A stretch of 64,000 bases of DNA from Pirellulaceae bacterium (GTDB taxonomy: Bacteria > Planctomycetota > Planctomycetia > Pirellulales > Pirellulaceae): positions 32,863-96,862 of the forward strand of contig JANNWJ010000006.1 in the NCBI GenBank assembly GCA_031414755.1, read 5' to 3'. The notes under the pieces are model-generated. The model did not search any database, was not told where the DNA came from, and was given only the letters and a program-made list of their open reading frames with translations. The position numbers and the translations under genes are program-made. Below are positions 19,439 to 29,689 of this stretch, in pieces. Position 1 is the first letter of the stretch, and every line of letters begins with the position of its first letter.

Positions 19439-20398
19439 ATGAGCTTATCCAGCATCAAAACCGTATTTGACAAGTGCCTTGAACAAATCAGCACCATCGT
19501 CGTCGGACAAACAGAATTGATCGAAGGCGTATTGATTGCCTTGATGTCCGAAGGAAGTGTCTTGATCGAAGGTCCGCCCGGCCTGGGAAAGACACTGCTC
19601 GTCAATGTACTTGCCCGAACCGTTGATTGTCGTTTCGGCCGTGTTCAGTTCACACCCGATTTGATGCCATCCGATCTGACCGGACACAGCATTTATAACA
19701 TGAAAGAACAGGAATTTCATTTTAACCCCGGTCCCGTTTTCACAAACCTGCTGCTGGCTGACGAAATTAACCGCGCTCCTCCGAAAACACAGGCTGCGCT
19801 ACTGGAAGTGATGCAGGAACGGCAAGTGACGATCGACGGCAAAACCCACCAGTTGGATCGACCGTTTCTGATCATCGCGACCCAGAATCCGATCGAACAG
19901 GAAGGAACTTACCCGTTGCCGGAAGCGCAAGTTGACCGATTCATGTTCAAGTTGCTGGTTAACTATCCGTCGAAGTCATCGGAACTGGACATTCTGAAAC
20001 TTTTTACCGGCGGAAATGATCCTCGCGAACTTGCCAAATCAAACTTGCAACCGATCTTGCACTCCAAAGACGTCGCGGCTATTCAGGATGCTGTTCGCAA
20101 AGTCATTGTCGAAGACCGTTTGTTGCAGTACATCGTCGATATCGTTTCTGCCGGCCGAAACTGGGGAAGCATCTCGATTGGTCCAAGTCCCCGAGCTGGC
20201 GTCAACCTGTTAATCGCCGGACGGACGATGGCTGCCTGCCGTGGCCGCGATTTCGTTACGCCCGACGATATCAAGGAACTTGCGCCGTGGGTTCTTCGGC
20301 ACCGATTGCGGTTGCGACCGGAAGCTGAAATTGAGGGAACGACCGAAGACGATGTTGTACGCCAGATCCTGGAAAGCATCGAGGCTCCCCGGTCATGA
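19439..20398 (+). CDS. MoxR-family AAA+ ATPase
   Basis: The ATG is at 19439. Walker A is LIEGPPGLGKT, Walker B is LLADEINRAPPKTQAALLEVMQE, and ATQNPIEQEGTYPLPEAQVDRF is present. Confidence 0.9.
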   Translation: MSLSSIKTVFDKCLEQISTIVVGQTELIEGVLIALMSEGSVLIEGPPGLGKTLLVNVLARTVDCRFGRVQFTPDLMPSDLTGHSIYNMKEQEFHFNPGPVFTNLLLADEINRAPPKTQAALLEVMQERQVTIDGKTHQLDRPFLIIATQNPIEQEGTYPLPEAQVDRFMFKLLVNYPSKSSELDILKLFTGGNDPRELAKSNLQPILHSKDVAAIQDAVRKVIVEDRLLQYIVDIVSAGRNWGSISIGPSPRAGVNLLIAGRTMAACRGRDFVTPDDIKELAPWVLRHRLRLRPEAEIEGTTEDDVVRQILESIEAPRS

Positions 20399-21705
20399 GC
20401 CCCAGTCGATTGTTAATCGCGTTGGCATTGTTGATGGCGTTGCCCCTGTTCCTGGCTCCCGTCAATCGGAACATTGCTGATGTCGGACTGGTTCTGAATC
20501 TGGTGCTGCTGGCTGCAGCCATTGTCGACTTCTTTATCAGCCCTTCACCGCGAGTTATCGAAGTTCATCGCGATGTCGCCGATGTTCTTAGCGTGGCGAC
20601 ACGCAACCCAACAATGTTGCGCGTGAAGAACCGAAGTGGTTGCGCGCTGCGATTGACAATCGATGATGAACCTGGACCATTGGCGGAAACAGTGGACTTG
20701 CCTCAAACGCTGCTCTTGCAACCGTGGAAAGAAATGGGAATTCAGTACGGCGTGATTCCCTTGAAGCGGGGTGAGAATGAATTGGGACCGGTCTATTTGA
20801 CGTATCCCACCCGTTGGCGACTTTGGAATCGACGGGACGTCCGTCAATTGCCCTCCAAAGTCAAAGTCTATCCCGATATTCGTGCCGTGCATCGTTATGA
20901 CTTGTTGGCAAGGCAGAACCGCCTGGCGGAACTTGGCGTTCGCACGATGCGCATGCCGGGACAGGGGAGAGAGTTCGAACGACTTCGTGAGTTTCGATAC
21001 GGCGATGAAACCCGCCATATCGACTGGAAAGCCACATCGCGGCAGCGCACGCTTGTTACTCGTGAGTTCAATGTCGAAAGGAATCAAAACATTGTCATCA
21101 TGATCGATTGCGGACGGTTTATGCGTAACGAATCAGATGGTGTTTCCTATCTGGACCGCGCGCTGAATTCTGCAATCATGTTGGCCTATATCGCACTGGG
21201 GCAGGGGGACAACGTCTCCTTACTGGCGTTTTCGAACAAGATCGAACGGTTTATTCGGCCGGTCCGTGGCAAGCCTGGTATTCAGTCGATCCTTCGTTCG
21301 ACTTACGATATTCAAGTCTCCCAACATGCCGCTGATTACCCGATGGCGCTCGAATATTTGGCAAGAGTACAACGCAATCGCGCGCTGGTTCTGTTGATCA
21401 CGTTTATAACAGACGAGTTGCAACTTGACGTGATTGGCGAAAGTCTTCGATTGAAAACGCTGCCGTATTTGCCCCTTTGCGTCCTGCTTCAGGATGAAGG
21501 CCTCCGCGATCTGGCTCACCGCATTCCCGATTCCGATCTGCATGCCTATCACACTGCTGCCGCTGCCCAGATTCTCGGAAGGCAAGCAGCAAAAGTCGCG
21601 ACACTTCGCGATGCCGGTATCATGATCATCGACACTCCGCCTCAACTATTGACAGAACGCCTGATCAACGAGTATCTGAACATCAAAATGCGCGGACTTA
21701 TCTAA
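20395..21705 (+). CDS. DUF58 (vWA-like) protein, MoxR partner
   Basis: It has an ATGA overlap with MoxR and two N-terminal TMs. GQGREFERLREFRYGDETRHIDWKATSR is the DUF58 hallmark, followed by a vWA-like IVIMIDCGRFM. Confidence 0.85.
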   Translation: MSPSRLLIALALLMALPLFLAPVNRNIADVGLVLNLVLLAAAIVDFFISPSPRVIEVHRDVADVLSVATRNPTMLRVKNRSGCALRLTIDDEPGPLAETVDLPQTLLLQPWKEMGIQYGVIPLKRGENELGPVYLTYPTRWRLWNRRDVRQLPSKVKVYPDIRAVHRYDLLARQNRLAELGVRTMRMPGQGREFERLREFRYGDETRHIDWKATSRQRTLVTREFNVERNQNIVIMIDCGRFMRNESDGVSYLDRALNSAIMLAYIALGQGDNVSLLAFSNKIERFIRPVRGKPGIQSILRSTYDIQVSQHAADYPMALEYLARVQRNRALVLLITFITDELQLDVIGESLRLKTLPYLPLCVLLQDEGLRDLAHRIPDSDLHAYHTAAAAQILGRQAAKVATLRDAGIMIIDTPPQLLTERLINEYLNIKMRGLI

Positions 21706-21710
21706 ACAGA

Positions 21711-23147
21711 TCAATCCCACCACCATCGATTCGCTTTATCCGTGACCTGAACCGATTCCCTTTGCGACCGGAGCAAATCCGTTTCTGGCAACAGGTACTC
21801 TGCCTTGAAGGCTTCACTGGCAAGAATCGAAACGCCGCCAGAGGGTGCCACGAGGTGCCCCGAATCCCACTTGACATTGGCAAGACTCTTGGCGGAAACC
21901 GGAGTCGTTTGCGTCTCAACCGAAAATGCCTTGGCATCGAGTAACAGTCCGATATCCAAATCTGTCCGTTCCAGCAAATTTTCACGCTGAATAAAATTGG
22001 CTACGATCAGGATATCAATCATGTTTCGCAACTGGGCGAAAACCGGATTGGCTGCTGCTATCTCTGCGTATTTTTTCGTAAACGCTTCGGCGTACTTTTT
22101 AGCCGCAGGTAACGGATTAGCCTGTAGCTGAATCAAGTTGCCTTGCTCATCCGTTTTGTATTCTTCCGTTCCCAATTGTACTCCCTGACCTGCCAGGCGA
22201 AGTGCCAGGCGATCATCGGTCATTTCCACGCACTGGTAATTCGGCGTAAACCACCATCGCTGAAAATTGTCACGCGGGGCACCAGCAAGCTGGTCAAAAA
22301 AGACCGGCATCTTTACCGGCGGGGGTTCGCGACCGATTCCAATCAGCTTCATCCGATAGTCCGCTTCGATCATCACGCGCGACATGTTCGTGCTGCCCGG
22401 CACTCCAAAAACGGTAACGCCGGCATTGCCCAGTGCGTTTTCGATTCCTTGCCAGACTGCAACAGCGACCGCTTGTTCCTGTTCGGGCGTCACGCGCGTC
22501 GGGATCTGACTCTGAAATTCCTTGAGTCTTTTCATCCCCTCCTGCGTCGAACCAATACTGCAACCGACCCATATATCGTGAGGCTTTTCGCTCGTAAAAA
22601 CACGAAGGGCGGTTAGCAAATCCTCCAGCAAAACGACTGGACGCCGATTCGACATTCCAACCGCCCGGCCATCAGCGTCGGCGATCCAGCCTTCCGCCGG
22701 ACCGGCGATGATGATGTCATGATCATCGGGAAACGCAAACACATATTCGATGCGTTGCAACCCGGCAAGTTTCAAAACGTCATCCGGCAATGGCTGGCCA
22801 TCGGCAAGCTGTTTCCGCATGGTCTCCTGCAAACGGGCAAGTGAAACTTTGCGCAGCGGACTCTGTTTCTGAATGTCCGGATTCAGAGCGTTGCGGGCTG
22901 CCGCAGCACGTTCAATGAAAAGCTGACCGCCCGGCGGTGCAAACTGCACATGCTCAAGTACCCCCTCGGGACTGACCGCCACTCCAAAGACTGGCAACTG
23001 AACGGTTGTTGGCAGGTTGAAACCCGGGTTTTGCTGGGCAACAACTGTCAACACGTTTAGAAAGCAGATCGCGGCAGAAACGATAACAAACAACATCGCG
23101 CGAGGCGTGGTCCCGGACGAATAGCCCAATTTAGGGAAGTCAGTCAT
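21711..23147 (-). CDS. Secreted protein of unknown function (planctomycete-type, possibly DUF1598-like)
   Basis: The signal-anchored start MTDFPKLG...MLFVIVSAAICFLNVLTVVAQQ is at 23147; the ORF track extends to 23300. I see no motif I can assign firmly. Confidence 0.55.
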   Translation of the reverse strand: MTDFPKLGYSSGTTPRAMLFVIVSAAICFLNVLTVVAQQNPGFNLPTTVQLPVFGVAVSPEGVLEHVQFAPPGGQLFIERAAAARNALNPDIQKQSPLRKVSLARLQETMRKQLADGQPLPDDVLKLAGLQRIEYVFAFPDDHDIIIAGPAEGWIADADGRAVGMSNRRPVVLLEDLLTALRVFTSEKPHDIWVGCSIGSTQEGMKRLKEFQSQIPTRVTPEQEQAVAVAVWQGIENALGNAGVTVFGVPGSTNMSRVMIEADYRMKLIGIGREPPPVKMPVFFDQLAGAPRDNFQRWWFTPNYQCVEMTDDRLALRLAGQGVQLGTEEYKTDEQGNLIQLQANPLPAAKKYAEAFTKKYAEIAAANPVFAQLRNMIDILIVANFIQRENLLERTDLDIGLLLDAKAFSVETQTTPVSAKSLANVKWDSGHLVAPSGGVSILASEAFKAEYLLPETDLLRSQRESVQVTDKANRWWWD

Positions 23148-23263
23148 GGGATGGCTTCCAGTCGCTTTTTTCGTCGCCTTGCCAAATTGATTATAGCGGC
23201 CCGGCGTACAACCTGCAAAAATGTTTTTAATACAAACATACGTCAAAAACAATTGGTAATGAT

Positions 23264-24802
23264 ATGCAAATCCTTGTAACCAATCTGCCGTATGCCGCAA
23301 GAGTCCTGGTCACTGCACTGTTGTGCGCTCTAACCGTTGAAATTCCCAGCGTCTTTTGCCAGTCGAACGCAAGTTCGCCTCGCCGTAGTAGCATGGGCAT
23401 CGAATACTGGATCAAGCCCGATGGAAAGATGTCCATCGCCCATGTAAACATTTCGAGCACAGCTGCCAGCGGTAGCATCGAATACCTGCCTTTTCTCCGC
23501 AATGCAGACATCCAGCTCGAACTGGAATTAACCGATGCGCAGAAATCCGAACTGGACAAGCTTTCCTCATCCATCAATGAAACCGAAACAGAAATCGACG
23601 AACTAAAGAAGCGCGACGATAGTGAGGGCTCGAATGTGCGAACGGCGATACGAGAACATCAGGCCGTGATCGAAAAGATGTTGACTGAGGGGCTGAACGA
23701 TTTTCTGTTGCCTCATCAAGAACGTCGTCTGGTCGAGTTGAGAAACCGCTTCGAGATACGTCGAGTTGGTTTGTATTCTGCACTCATGCAAGAAAATGTT
23801 TCCACAGTGTTGAACGTGACACCGGAACAAAAAAAGCAACTTGGAGAAATCGCCAGCAAATTACATGGCGAACTGACATCCGAAAGCAAGCAACTCAAGG
23901 ACGAGTTTATTAACGCAATGCTTGACTGCCTCACAGAATTCCAAAGACAGAAGCTCAATGAAGCGACTTCCGAGTTGCAGTTTTACAGGAATGTTTTCCT
24001 TGAACTTATGATCCTGCAATCCGAAACAGATGAATTCGATTCCCTGGGCCCCGAAACCGAACTGAAACACGCGGCCCTTGTGATACCTTTCGAGTATGCG
24101 ATCGAACACGATGGTTCGTTTTTGCGGAGTCAAAACAAACGGCAATCCGATTCGCCTGCGTATACAGTCGCCAGTTCGTTGCAACAGGCCCTTTCCGAAT
24201 CCGAATTACAAACACTCCTCGAATTGTCCGATAACCAGCTCGCGCTGCTTGACGAATTAGGACGGGAACAGGAAGATTGGGGCGAAGAAATGACGAAGCG
24301 GATAAACGAGGACCTCGTCAACAACTCTGGGGAAAACGTCAAACAAATATCCCGCTCAGCATTTCAGTTTCGCGAGCAATTGTCCGTTGATCAGATCGAT
24401 AGAATTGAGACCTCTCTATTGCCATTTCAGGCGGCCATCCTGGATCGAGTGGTCAACAACATCAAACTGGTTCGGTCCGGCCTGCTGTACTCGCTAACAC
24501 ACGATTCGTTGGGCGAAGAATTGGAGATCAGCGAATCCCAAAAGCGGAAAATGGCAGACCAGGCGGGCGCTGTTGCGAGAAAAATCCGCAAACGGGGAGT
24601 GGAAATCGAGCGATTGGTTGAAACGAAACTCAATGAAGCCCTCGATCGCCAGCAACGCGAGAAACTGGAATCGTGGCTGGGTGCCCCCATCCAACACGGC
24701 GATGCCAATTTTGATTTGACGATCTTGCAACTCGATTCGACCAAGCTAGGTCAGTTTCGGCAGTGGATTCTGATATCCGAGTCCATAGACGAAGATAATT
24801 GA
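23264..24802 (+). CDS. Periplasmic helical protein with an internal duplication and multiple LTXXQ-like motifs (Spy/CpxP-like repeats)
   Basis: There is a signal peptide. The LTXXQ-like motifs are LTDAQKSEL, VTPEQKKQL, LSDNQLALL and ISESQKRKM. Module LLPHQERRLVELRNRFEIRRVGLYSAL is repeated as LLPFQAAILDRVVNNIKLVRSGLLYSL. Confidence 0.6.
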   Translation: MQILVTNLPYAARVLVTALLCALTVEIPSVFCQSNASSPRRSSMGIEYWIKPDGKMSIAHVNISSTAASGSIEYLPFLRNADIQLELELTDAQKSELDKLSSSINETETEIDELKKRDDSEGSNVRTAIREHQAVIEKMLTEGLNDFLLPHQERRLVELRNRFEIRRVGLYSALMQENVSTVLNVTPEQKKQLGEIASKLHGELTSESKQLKDEFINAMLDCLTEFQRQKLNEATSELQFYRNVFLELMILQSETDEFDSLGPETELKHAALVIPFEYAIEHDGSFLRSQNKRQSDSPAYTVASSLQQALSESELQTLLELSDNQLALLDELGREQEDWGEEMTKRINEDLVNNSGENVKQISRSAFQFREQLSVDQIDRIETSLLPFQAAILDRVVNNIKLVRSGLLYSLTHDSLGEELEISESQKRKMADQAGAVARKIRKRGVEIERLVETKLNEALDRQQREKLESWLGAPIQHGDANFDLTILQLDSTKLGQFRQWILISESIDEDN

Positions 24803-24809
24803 TCGTGCC

Positions 24810-25215
24810 ACGCGCGTAAACGGGCGGGTTTCGCGCTGGCACCATTACCCCGTGGTAAACCACGGGGCTAGTATTTCCGGTCCACGATGTACTCAAGAAC
24901 CAACAATTTACAAGCTCAGATAATAGGCCCGCCGTTTACGGCGGGTTAACGCTACCCACAACTATCGTGCCCGTTCACGGGCTTTGTTTTGTGCCAAAGC
25001 GGATGCGCAAGGCCCGTAAACGGGCGGGTCTTATGGTGGACCGCCCACCCCGTGGTAAACCACGGGGCTAATATTTCCGGCGGCGCCGTTTGCGGCAGAT
25101 TTCGCGCTCGTACGATTACCCAGCGCAAATCCACGGGGCTAATATATTAGGCCCGCCGTTTACGGCGGGTTAAAGCTACCCGCAATAATACAATCAGGCC
25201 CGTTCACGGGCCTTT
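24810..25215. repeat. Duplicated array of GC-rich short hairpins (REP-like) between convergent genes
   Basis: The units are GCCCGTAAACGGGC, CCCCGTGGTAAACCACGGGG, GCCCGCCGTTTACGGCGGGT and GCCCGTTCACGGGC. The composite occurs twice, offset by 200-229 bp (for example 24848-24880 = 25048-25080, and 24924-24962 ~ 25148-25186). Confidence 0.85.
25196..25213 (-). terminator. Hairpin immediately after the cysS stop (candidate terminator, no strong U-tract)
   Basis: AGGCCCGTGAACGGGCCT on the minus strand begins 5 nt after the cysS stop codon. Confidence 0.4.
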
Positions 25216-25217
25216 CC

Positions 25218-26753
25218 CTACGCCAGCTCTTTTTGAATCACGGTTCCGTCAGGAGTCTGGCGTGTTTCAAAACCCATTTTGCGAATCTTTTCGCGGATGG
25301 AATCGGACTGTTTGAAGTCTTTGGCAGCCCGGGCAACGTCCATCTCCCTGCACAACTTGTCCAGTTGCACGTCGAGTTCGGAATTGCCAGCAACCGGCAA
25401 TCCTGCAACTCCTTCGTTTATTGGCGCGACTGACAAAACCGCGTTGATTTTCTTAAAAACTCCAAGCGCCTCTCGCGGGTTGTCGGGCCTGTTGGAAATC
25501 CACGGCATGACAACAGCCATGGCCCCTGAAATGTTAAGGTCGTCGGCCAGCGCTTCGCCAAACGCTTTCAAAATCGGATGTGAATTATCGACTTCATCGG
25601 ACTCACCGCCGGTTTCAAGTTCCAACCGTTGACGAAATTCGATCAAGCGACGAACGACATTGGCCGAGTCCTCAATTCCTTTGGCGGTGAAGTTCAGATT
25701 ACTGCGGTAATGGGCCTTGATCAGTTCGAACCTGATCACGGCAGGGTCAACGGCCTTGCCCCAAGGCGAACCATCGGCTTTTTTGAAACGACCTTCCATC
25801 ACATCGCGCACCGTGTAGAAACTCCCCTTGCTTTTGGACATCTTCTCCCCTTCGACGAACAGGAACCGCGCATGGATCCAGTAGTTGGCAAATGAATCGC
25901 GGCCGCTGGCTCCGCACGACTGCGCAATCTCGCACTCGTGATGCGGGAAAATCAGGTCTTCGCCACCCGTATGAATATCGATGACTTCGCTGCCAAGCAG
26001 TTTCGACGCCATGACAGAGCACTCGATATGCCAGCCGGGGTAGCCCGTCCCCCACTGCGAGTCCCACTTCATAATGTGATTGTTGTCGGGCTTCCACAAC
26101 ATGAAATCGGCCGGGTGTTTTTTCAGTGATTGATGCTCGTCGGAGATTCGGCCGCCCGCTCCACTTTTGAGTTGGTCCAAAGTGTTGCCGCTCAGTTTCC
26201 CGTAAGCCGGAAAGCTCTCGACGCTAAAGTACACAACGCCGTCTCTGGCCACATAGGCATGACCGCGATCGACAAGCGTTTTGATCATCGCCAACATGCC
26301 ATCCACGTTGTCGGTCGCACGGGGCATGCATTTTTCCGGGTCTTCAAATGCGATCTTGTAACCGAGCCGCTTGCCGTCTTCCAAAAACGCTTGTGTAAAG
26401 AACTCGGCGATTTGATAAGGATCGCCCGGATCGTTGATCGCTCCGTCAGGAACCTTGTACGATTTCTTGTCCTCTTTGAGTTTCTTCATGGCGACGGCCA
26501 TTTTGTCTTCACCGTCATCGGCGTCGTCAACCATGTGCCCAACGTCAGTGATGTTCATGACGTGATGGACATCGAACCCGGCAAACTCCAGAAAGCGACG
26601 AAGCAAATCACCGAACAGAAACGAGCGAAAGTTTCCGATATGGGCAAAGTCATAAACGGTCGGCCCGCAGCTGTACATTTTGACTTTGCCAGGATCGATC
26701 GGTTTGAATTCTTCGGTTCGGTTGGTCAGCGAGTTGTAAAACTGGATTTTCAT
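25218..26753 (-). CDS. cysS: Cysteine--tRNA ligase
   Basis: [20 protein letters not shown] (HIGH region), the KMSKS motif (EKMSKSKG) and WHIECS are present. Confidence 0.95.
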   Translation of the reverse strand: MKIQFYNSLTNRTEEFKPIDPGKVKMYSCGPTVYDFAHIGNFRSFLFGDLLRRFLEFAGFDVHHVMNITDVGHMVDDADDGEDKMAVAMKKLKEDKKSYKVPDGAINDPGDPYQIAEFFTQAFLEDGKRLGYKIAFEDPEKCMPRATDNVDGMLAMIKTLVDRGHAYVARDGVVYFSVESFPAYGKLSGNTLDQLKSGAGGRISDEHQSLKKHPADFMLWKPDNNHIMKWDSQWGTGYPGWHIECSVMASKLLGSEVIDIHTGGEDLIFPHHECEIAQSCGASGRDSFANYWIHARFLFVEGEKMSKSKGSFYTVRDVMEGRFKKADGSPWGKAVDPAVIRFELIKAHYRSNLNFTAKGIEDSANVVRRLIEFRQRLELETGGESDEVDNSHPILKAFGEALADDLNISGAMAVVMPWISNRPDNPREALGVFKKINAVLSVAPINEGVAGLPVAGNSELDVQLDKLCREMDVARAAKDFKQSDSIREKIRKMGFETRQTPDGTVIQKELA

Positions 26754-26903
26754 GGTGGCCAGGATGTTCCTTGGGAAAACGGCACAATCAATATGACAAT
26801 CAACGCGGCTGCAAGGTTCTGAAACTGATCAAATCCCTTTACGGCCCTTGTTTTTAGCCTTTATTGACCACGTTCGACAAGTCGAATCGGCCGCCTGCCA
26901 TCG

Positions 26904-28607
26904 TTATTGCGGCAAGTTCAGCCATTGGTACAGCCACGGATGAACCCAGGGATTGCTCCAGGCGAATGATGCGGACGCAATGCTGATTCCCAACAACGCA
27001 AGTGCGAACAGTTTCCAAAGGCGGCTGTCGCGAATGGAATCAAGTGCCGGAATCATTGCCACGATCCATAATGGCGCCAGCCAAAAAAACCAACGTGGTC
27101 CGCAACAAAGCCCGCCGTAGTTGCGGTCCTCGATCGGTCGCGTGACATAAAACACAAACACGACGATCGAAATCGCCAACACACCAAGACCCAATAATCT
27201 CAATCGATACTGGCTCGAAACGCACATTGTGAAAATCCCGAAAATCGAAATCAACCAAACGGGCGTCAACGAAAAAACGCCGTGATGCCAGACTGTCAGG
27301 TTAAGCAAATACCGCCACGGATCCGCTTCTCCCAGGTCAACGGTCGACTTGTTGACGTTTCCCGACAGCCAGTAGCTCCCCGGATACTCGTACCAATTGC
27401 TAAAGCGGCGGATCTCAACGAATCCACCTCTTGCCGGCTCGGCAACCACGATCGGTTCGTTGCGTTGCTCAAAATAGATGATCCATCGCTGATCGGGCTC
27501 TTGTCGCCAATCGGGCCAGCCGCCGGCAACGACTCTTACAGTCTGCTGCCAATCATCCGACAGATCAGCCCGATCGCGTTTGATGGCATTGGCAACACCA
27601 TCAGGCAACTTCCCATCATTCAAGTCCTCGGCAAACGAGCCTTTTATTTTCGCGACCACTTCGCCGTCCTGGCGATGCGCATAGGCAAGTTGCCATTCAT
27701 TGTGAGCAGTATCGTTTGTCCAGGCAAATGCCGCACCGACGATAAACGTTCCAGGTAAAAACCCAAACAACGTTTTGAGCGGGGCACGGATAAAGCACAA
27801 ACACATTGCGACCGCCATGAATGAAGCTGCTGGCAACTCATTTGCGGTCGCCATCGCGCTAAGCAACCCGGCGAAGAAGTACCAAATCCAATGCCTGGAT
27901 AGTCTTTTCCAAATCTGAATAACAACCAGCAGTGCAACGGCCACACATACGACTGCCGGAATATGATTGTTGAGCGACACGGCGAATGTCGTGACATACG
28001 TTCCGAATGTCGCCAGGGCCATCAAAAAGATCCGGGTCCAATCGGAAACGGCAACAAGTTCCCCGATTCGACCCACTGCCAAAAAGAAAATGATTAACGG
28101 CAGTATCTGGCAAATCAACAACATCCAGCGGACAACGTCGAACGTGTTATCCGCGAGCGTCCAGCCGGTTAGTGACTTGATTGCCAAATAGGGATAAGTC
28201 AATAACGTGGGGAGCAATGTCGGTTTGCTTGAGTAAAAATGCGGGCGGTAATCGCGTCCCCAATGCATTACCTTGTCGATAGTGTCCCACGATCGGCCGC
28301 CTTCGCCTTGCAGGACTTCGTCGATCGCGTAGGTATCGTGATCGCCGAGCGCCCGGATCGTACACCAGCGACTCCGGTCATTGGCGCTGAGAAATGGGAC
28401 AATGCGATCGTATGAGACTTTTTGAATTTGCCATAGCCGCGCCGTCATAACTGCCACGCTGCATATGATCAATAACCAGAAAATCGCCCAGCGCGATCGG
28501 CGATCAAGGATCGGGAGTGATTCGGTTGCTCGACCTTCGACGATGTCGTTCGGGAATTCTGGTTGCCCTGCCGCATTCATTTCCGAAAACTTCGCCCCAA
28601 AGTTCAC
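26904..28607 (-). CDS. Large polytopic membrane protein, putative GT-C-fold glycosyltransferase (ArnT/PMT-like)
   Basis: It has more than 10 TM helices and a soluble loop of ~120 aa. It lies immediately downstream of a GT2 polyprenyl-phosphate glycosyltransferase. The family call rests on architecture and context only. Confidence 0.45.
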   Translation of the reverse strand: MNFGAKFSEMNAAGQPEFPNDIVEGRATESLPILDRRSRWAIFWLLIICSVAVMTARLWQIQKVSYDRIVPFLSANDRSRWCTIRALGDHDTYAIDEVLQGEGGRSWDTIDKVMHWGRDYRPHFYSSKPTLLPTLLTYPYLAIKSLTGWTLADNTFDVVRWMLLICQILPLIIFFLAVGRIGELVAVSDWTRIFLMALATFGTYVTTFAVSLNNHIPAVVCVAVALLVVIQIWKRLSRHWIWYFFAGLLSAMATANELPAASFMAVAMCLCFIRAPLKTLFGFLPGTFIVGAAFAWTNDTAHNEWQLAYAHRQDGEVVAKIKGSFAEDLNDGKLPDGVANAIKRDRADLSDDWQQTVRVVAGGWPDWRQEPDQRWIIYFEQRNEPIVVAEPARGGFVEIRRFSNWYEYPGSYWLSGNVNKSTVDLGEADPWRYLLNLTVWHHGVFSLTPVWLISIFGIFTMCVSSQYRLRLLGLGVLAISIVVFVFYVTRPIEDRNYGGLCCGPRWFFWLAPLWIVAMIPALDSIRDSRLWKLFALALLGISIASASFAWSNPWVHPWLYQWLNLPQ

Positions 28608-28633
28608 TTGTTGAAATCGGCTGGATACCGAAC

Positions 28634-29689
28634 TCAGCGCTGCATGTCACCGCGCTTAATCGCTTCGGAAGGTTCCGAAAATCTCGAAGCCGGGTTCGTC
28701 GCACGTTTTGCAGAATCACCTCCGGCGAGCCGATGAGCGGACTTGCCAGCGGTTTCCCGCACCGAGAACCGGCGTCCGCGCCGTTGGTCACGGGCCACAA
28801 TCAGTTCCGCCAAAAAACCCATCGTCAGCAATTGCGTTCCCAGCAACAAAGCTGCCACCGAGTATATCACGACAGGCCGCTGATGTAACGGAGTCCAGTC
28901 GGGATACAAGCTCATGCGCAGCACCCAATAGACGGCCATAAAGAACATTCCGGTCAAGCCGATTATAAAACTGCCCAGACCTGCCGCCCCCAACAAGTGC
29001 TGGGGTCGTTGACTGTAGCCCGTCAGAAAACAAATCGTCATCAGATCAAGCAAGCCCTTGAAGATCCGGCTGACTCCGTATCGGGACTTGCCATGCTTTC
29101 GCTGCCGGTGATTTACGATCGCCTCACCAACCCGAAAACCGCGGGCCGCTGCAAGTACGGGAACAAACCGGTGAAAGCCTCCGTACAAATCGACTTCATC
29201 GAAAACTTCGCGTCGATACAACTTGAAACCGCAGTTGTGATCGTGCAAACGTACTTTTGTCAGAGCGTTCACAAGTCCGTTGAAAATACGCGAGGCAAAA
29301 CGGCGCGACCACGGATCCTGTCGATGGCGTTTCCAGCCACTGACAACATCGAATCCATTTTCCATTTCCGCCAGCAGTTTCGGAATCTCGCGCGGATCGT
29401 CTTGCAAATCGGCATCGATCGTCAGTACAAACTCGTGTGTTGCCACAACGGTCCCTGCAGAAATCGCCGCCGCCTTGCCGAAATTCCGGCGAAGTCGAAC
29501 ACCGAAAACGCGTGGATCGGCTTCAGCAAGCGACTGAATCACGCTCCACGATCCATCCGTCGACCCGTCGTCAACAAAGATCATTTCAAGTTCATAGCCG
29601 TTGTCCACGCCAACCTGACTGAGTTCCGAGTGCAATTCAACAAGACTATCCGCTTCATTGAACAGTGGCATCAGGACTGAAATCTTCAT
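28634..29689 (-). CDS. GT2 polyprenyl-phosphate glycosyltransferase (ArnC/GtrB/DPM1-like)
   Basis: The ATG at 29689 gives MKISVLMPLFNEADSL...IFVDDGSTDGS...DADLQDDP, followed by two C-terminal TM helices. Confidence 0.85.
   Translation of the reverse strand: MKISVLMPLFNEADSLVELHSELSQVGVDNGYELEMIFVDDGSTDGSWSVIQSLAEADPRVFGVRLRRNFGKAAAISAGTVVATHEFVLTIDADLQDDPREIPKLLAEMENGFDVVSGWKRHRQDPWSRRFASRIFNGLVNALTKVRLHDHNCGFKLYRREVFDEVDLYGGFHRFVPVLAAARGFRVGEAIVNHRQRKHGKSRYGVSRIFKGLLDLMTICFLTGYSQRPQHLLGAAGLGSFIIGLTGMFFMAVYWVLRMSLYPDWTPLHQRPVVIYSVAALLLGTQLLTMGFLAELIVARDQRRGRRFSVRETAGKSAHRLAGGDSAKRATNPASRFSEPSEAIKRGDMQR

Noticed and set aside
24810-25215. Possible CRISPR array, suggested by the regularly spaced palindromic repeats
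   Set aside because: The repeats are four different short hairpins rather than one 25-40-nt direct repeat. The spacing reflects duplication of a composite unit, not unique spacers, and no cas genes or leader are nearby.
26130-26822. 230-aa plus-strand ORF
   Set aside because: It is entirely antisense to the well-supported cysS gene. The same reasoning applies to other long antisense ORFs, for example 2204..2701, 15676..16302, 20545..21087, 28997..29680, 37541..38089, 58562..59194 and 60777..61256.
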